DNA from: an uncultured Coriobacteriaceae bacterium | Lineage (GTDB): Bacteria; Actinomycetota; Coriobacteriia; Coriobacteriales; QAMH01 | Assembly (NCBI GenBank): GCA_964435565.1 | Contig: CAYSZR010000002.1 | Location: 102-64,101 of the forward strand | Length of the DNA stretch: 64,000 nt | Reading direction: 5' to 3' | Part shown: one piece after another, positions 60,962 to 64,000 of the stretch | Layout: every line of letters starts with the position of its first letter | How positions within the stretch are numbered: position 1 is the stretch's first letter | Notes under the pieces: model-generated | Database searches by the model: none | The model's input: the letters and a program-made list of their open reading frames with translations, nothing else | What the model was told of the DNA's origin: nothing | Position numbers and translations under genes: made by a program

Positions 60962-62647
60962 TCAGCTATCGACCAGGGCGAAGAAGAAATCTTCTTTGAA
61001 GGGGTTGTCTATCAGCCTTACAGGTTTGACCTGATTGGGAGATGCCCCTCTCATCTCCATCATCTCTCGGTAGAGCATATAGGTCTGCGGCTGCACGAAA
61101 TGGACGACGCACGGATCGATTGTCCCGTGCTCGCGGTAGTACTTGAAAATGGAACTCAGTTTCTGAAGACGCCTGTCTATGATCTCTGCATAATCGATTT
61201 CTGGAGAAGCGGGCGCATCGCATTCCATGAAGATGACGTATCTGCCGCTTGCCTGCGTATCCAAATCGATATACACGCTGTATTCCAGAACGCTGAGCCC
61301 GGTCTCTTCCTCAAACCCGCTGATTGCCATGTTGAATTCTTCTTCGGCGGTGTTCTCGCCGACTATGTTGGCAACCATATTTTTTCGATATGCGACCTTT
61401 ATATAGGGATTCTGATTGTAATAGCCTGTAACCTGCACGATGTCGTTGATTCGGTACCGGTAAAGACCCGAAGGCGTCGTAATGATGAGTTCGTAGCATT
61501 CTCCCACGGTGAGCTTGTCCATCGTAAGGGGAGTTTCGTCGACGGAATTAACCGGAATGAACTCGAAGAAGCAACCCTGGGTATCCAGTAGAAAATCGTT
61601 CGAATTCATTTTTGTGGGAAAAGCGAAGAAGCCTTCAGAGGCTGTATAGGCCATGGTGTCTACGGGAATGTCCTCGCCTAAAAACTCCTTCATCCTCATT
61701 CTGTAGGGGGTAAATACACCTGCTCCGATTGCGGTTACCCATCTTAGATTCTTCCAGATTCTTGGGCAGATGGGCGTATCGAAACCTTTGCCGAATTCCT
61801 CTCTCAATTCGGCGGCTCTTTCGGGGTCGGCCTGAAGCTTTGATTCGAACAAGGTCCTCTGTTCTTTTGGTATCGAGATTGAAGGGTCTATCCGTCCCTT
61901 CTCAAGGTCGTCGCACAGCATCTCCCATTTCGATTGCATGTAGCAGAACTTGTCGTAGACCAACGATGCGAACACGGAGAAGACAAAGAAGAGATCCTTT
62001 TCCGCTAAGGCAAAGAGAAGCAGCACGTACTTCATGTTGGCGGTGCTATCTGGATATAGGCACTCGGTCGGAGCTACAGATAGGTCGGCATAGTCTTCTT
62101 GGAAGGCCGTGAGGAAGGTGCTCGATATTCCGCTTATGGGGAGTCCGCAAGGCGATGTCAGTGCATTCAAATCGAGAAAGAACAGGCCTTTTCCGCATGT
62201 GAAATCGCGATTGTTCTCTTTGCAGTACTTTCGTGCAAGGGAAAACGAGCGTACATAGATCATCGTGGAAGCCAGCTGCATATCTTTTCGCGAGACGGGA
62301 ATGTGCTTTGGCACACCAGTGCTGCCCGAGGTCTGTGCATAGCGCACGATGGGGGTTGTTGTCAGGATATCCTGCTCGTTTTTCGTGAACATTCTTGAAA
62401 TATAGGGCTCTAAATCGTCGTAATTGAGCAGCGGCACCGATTTTCTGTAATCCTCGAGGGAGTGTATTTCCGAGAAATGATGTTTCAAGCCGAATTCCGT
62501 GTTCACATTCCGCTGAATGAGCTCCATGAGCTTTGCTTCGGCATCTGCCTCGCCGGTTTCGGTACCTTTGAAAACATCAGTAAGGATCATGTCGCCTCGG
62601 TCGGCCAGATCATTGATGACCTTGGAGGTTCTGTCTTTGTCGTTCAT
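60962..62647 (-). CDS. GH3-family acyl-acid amido synthetase (adenylating enzyme)
   Basis: YAQTSGSTGVPKHIPVS phosphate-binding loop, YR..D.V and size (561 aa), typical of bacterial GH3 'auxin-responsive promoter family' proteins. Confidence 0.8.
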   Translation of the reverse strand: MNDKDRTSKVINDLADRGDMILTDVFKGTETGEADAEAKLMELIQRNVNTEFGLKHHFSEIHSLEDYRKSVPLLNYDDLEPYISRMFTKNEQDILTTTPIVRYAQTSGSTGVPKHIPVSRKDMQLASTMIYVRSFSLARKYCKENNRDFTCGKGLFFLDLNALTSPCGLPISGISSTFLTAFQEDYADLSVAPTECLYPDSTANMKYVLLLFALAEKDLFFVFSVFASLVYDKFCYMQSKWEMLCDDLEKGRIDPSISIPKEQRTLFESKLQADPERAAELREEFGKGFDTPICPRIWKNLRWVTAIGAGVFTPYRMRMKEFLGEDIPVDTMAYTASEGFFAFPTKMNSNDFLLDTQGCFFEFIPVNSVDETPLTMDKLTVGECYELIITTPSGLYRYRINDIVQVTGYYNQNPYIKVAYRKNMVANIVGENTAEEEFNMAISGFEEETGLSVLEYSVYIDLDTQASGRYVIFMECDAPASPEIDYAEIIDRRLQKLSSIFKYYREHGTIDPCVVHFVQPQTYMLYREMMEMRGASPNQVKPVRLIDNPFKEDFFFALVDS

Positions 62648-62676
62648 AAGATGGCTTTACCTTTGCAGTATTGGAG

Positions 62677-63099
62677 CTATTTCCGATGCCAAGCAACTGG
62701 CAGGGGGTTACAGGTAGCTAAGCGCTCGCAGGTTGGACAGTCACCGGAAATCTTCGGATCGAGCTCGTCCCAGGGAACCTCGTGAAAGCCCAAACTTAGA
62801 TAGAATCCAGAAGACTCACCGCGTGCTACGCAGCGGATGTCGTCATATCGTTCCATGACATCTTCTAGCAACAAGCGGCCAACGCCGGTGCCGCGCAAGG
62901 ATGCGTCTATGATGATTGGTTCCAAGTAGGCGATGCCCTCGATGATATTCAACCGTACAAATCCTACGATGGGTTCTGATTCGCTTGCGCGCACCACACG
63001 CACGACATCATAATCATGAGGCGTTGCCATGGATGCTTTTTTGCAAAGCTCGTCTACGCGGGGAATGTCTTCTTGCTTCATTGTTTGTACCTGCATCAT
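62677..63099 (-). CDS. Short ArgA-like (COG1246-type) amino-acid N-acetyltransferase, GNAT fold with a C-terminal Cys motif
   Basis: GNAT motif A is RGTGVGRLLLEDV. The C-terminal PWDELDPKISGDCPTCERLATC resembles the ...KvW.DC..C....C tail of short N-acetylglutamate-synthase-like GNATs. The ATG at 63099 follows AAAGGGG. Confidence 0.7.
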   Translation of the reverse strand: MMQVQTMKQEDIPRVDELCKKASMATPHDYDVVRVVRASESEPIVGFVRLNIIEGIAYLEPIIIDASLRGTGVGRLLLEDVMERYDDIRCVARGESSGFYLSLGFHEVPWDELDPKISGDCPTCERLATCNPLPVAWHRK

Positions 63100-63185
63100 T
63101 GCACCCCTTTCGGTTGCAGTTGATGCTACCATGATTGAAACGCGCATTCTATGCCAATGCGTGTTTTATTTTAGAAGGGTAGGGC

Positions 63186-64000
63186 ATGCATTTTAGAAAC
63201 ATACAGCTTACCGATAAGCAACCTATAGAGGCAGTGTTGAGTCGTCTTGCACGCAATGATTCTGCTTTAGGGTTCGCCAATATCTATGGCATGCAAGATA
63301 AATACGGCACGAAGTTCTGTATTGAAGACGAGGTCCTTTATCTGCGTCAAGATGCGCGTATTCCCGGCAGAATCGCTTACTATCTGCCACTCGGCGCATC
63401 CGACATGCTGAGTGAAACTGCCAAGCTGGCCTCCATGGTCTCATCGGAAGGCCCGTTTGCCTTCGTGGGTATCACGCCAGAGGAGAAGGCCGCATTCGAA
63501 GCTGCTGGAACCACTATGACGTTTTCGACCGATCGGACCTTTGCCGAATATATTTTTCGCACCGAGGATATCGCGGAGTATCGCGGACACGAGCGCGCCA
63601 AGAAACGGCAAGAGGCAAACAGGTTCAGAAAGCTTTACGGCGCGGGCACGCGCATCGAGCCGATTGGCGAGCATAACCTCGACGCTGTCGCAGCTTACGA
63701 GGATGCGTGGTTCCATGCAAACCTGGGTCGTCACATGGATTCGCATCATCCGCTTGAAGCAGAGCACGACAAAATCATGCTGGAACTGCAGCACTTCGAG
63801 GCGCTGGATCTGGAAGGTATCGTCATGTATATCGACGATACTGCAGCTGGCTATGCCTACGGGCAGTTGCTGCCGGGTGGAGCTTTCGACGTGATAGTTT
63901 TGAAGGGAACGCTCTCTTATCGCTTTATCTGGCGTGCAATGTTGCAAGAGATAGCTAAGTTCGTTGTCGACCGTGCCCCCTTGCTCAATTTAGAAGAGGA
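63186..64000 (+). CDS. DUF2156 / LPG_synthase_C-like protein (truncated by the window end)
   Basis: Own translation from the ATG at 63186 gives MHFRNIQLTDKQPIEAVLSRL...STDRTFAEYIFRTEDIAEYRGHERAKKRQEANRFRKLYG..., open to position 64000 (271+ aa). It is absent from the ORF track because no stop lies in the window. The pattern matches DRd.(f/y)eYiY..edl..l.G....KRn..NrF. Confidence 0.6.
   Translation, partial: MHFRNIQLTDKQPIEAVLSRLARNDSALGFANIYGMQDKYGTKFCIEDEVLYLRQDARIPGRIAYYLPLGASDMLSETAKLASMVSSEGPFAFVGITPEEKAAFEAAGTTMTFSTDRTFAEYIFRTEDIAEYRGHERAKKRQEANRFRKLYGAGTRIEPIGEHNLDAVAAYEDAWFHANLGRHMDSHHPLEAEHDKIMLELQHFEALDLEGIVMYIDDTAAGYAYGQLLPGGAFDVIVLKGTLSYRFIWRAMLQEIAKFVVDRAPLLNLEE

Overview
This is a 64-kb chromosomal window with dense, mostly plus-strand coding. 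GC is moderately high: hand counts of single 60-nt lines gave about 63% in arg genes, about 50% in the last 5 kb and about 68% in one small gene. No exact GC profile was computed. The gene content is Moco biosynthesis, desulfoferrodoxin, TatA, argCJBDFRG/argH and a surface adhesin with Thr-Gln-ester repeats. This suggests an anaerobic Gram-positive actinobacterium of the Coriobacteriia/Eggerthellales type, but that is a low-confidence inference.

Layout:
- 0.2-2.5 kb: C45 acyltransferase and an MFS transporter.
- 2.8-6.1 kb: two c-di-GMP enzymes.
- 6.2-11 kb: radical SAM, NikR, TatA, ArsR, YbaK and desulfoferrodoxin.
- 11-27.6 kb: the main accessory system. It is a secreted NlpC/P60 hydrolase followed by a complete type IVa pilus locus. 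The locus encodes a 993-aa modular GLUG pilin, three minor pilin-like proteins, PilB, PilT, PilC, PilA, PilD and PilMNO, and ends in a diguanylate cyclase. The PilB N-terminus carries two perfect MshEN c-di-GMP-binding motifs.
- 27.7-33.6 kb: TerC, RNase D, a Zn-peptidase, XseAB and AckA.
- 33.7-44.5 kb: the arginine regulon, with a putP-like symporter between argG and argH.
- 44.5-49.9 kb: U32 peptidase, TyrS, a high-GC MarR islet, tRNA-Pro, tRNA-Gly and PdxK.
- 49.9-55.0 kb: a 1713-aa wall-anchored adhesin with 8 repeats.
- 55.3-58.9 kb: mobB-moaA-moaC-mog plus an RHH/GNAT pair.
- After tRNA-Arg(TCT): a lower-GC cluster of ArgA-like GNAT, GH3 amido-synthetase and MATE. A divergent DUF2156-like gene faces it; that gene is truncated by the window end and absent from the supplied ORF track.

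Non-coding structure includes a dispersed hairpin family at gene 3' ends, a 209-bp MITE-like nested palindrome and a repeat-rich convergent spacer. No CRISPR array, rRNA, transposase or integrase was seen. All family calls rest on motif recognition by eye; no database search was run.
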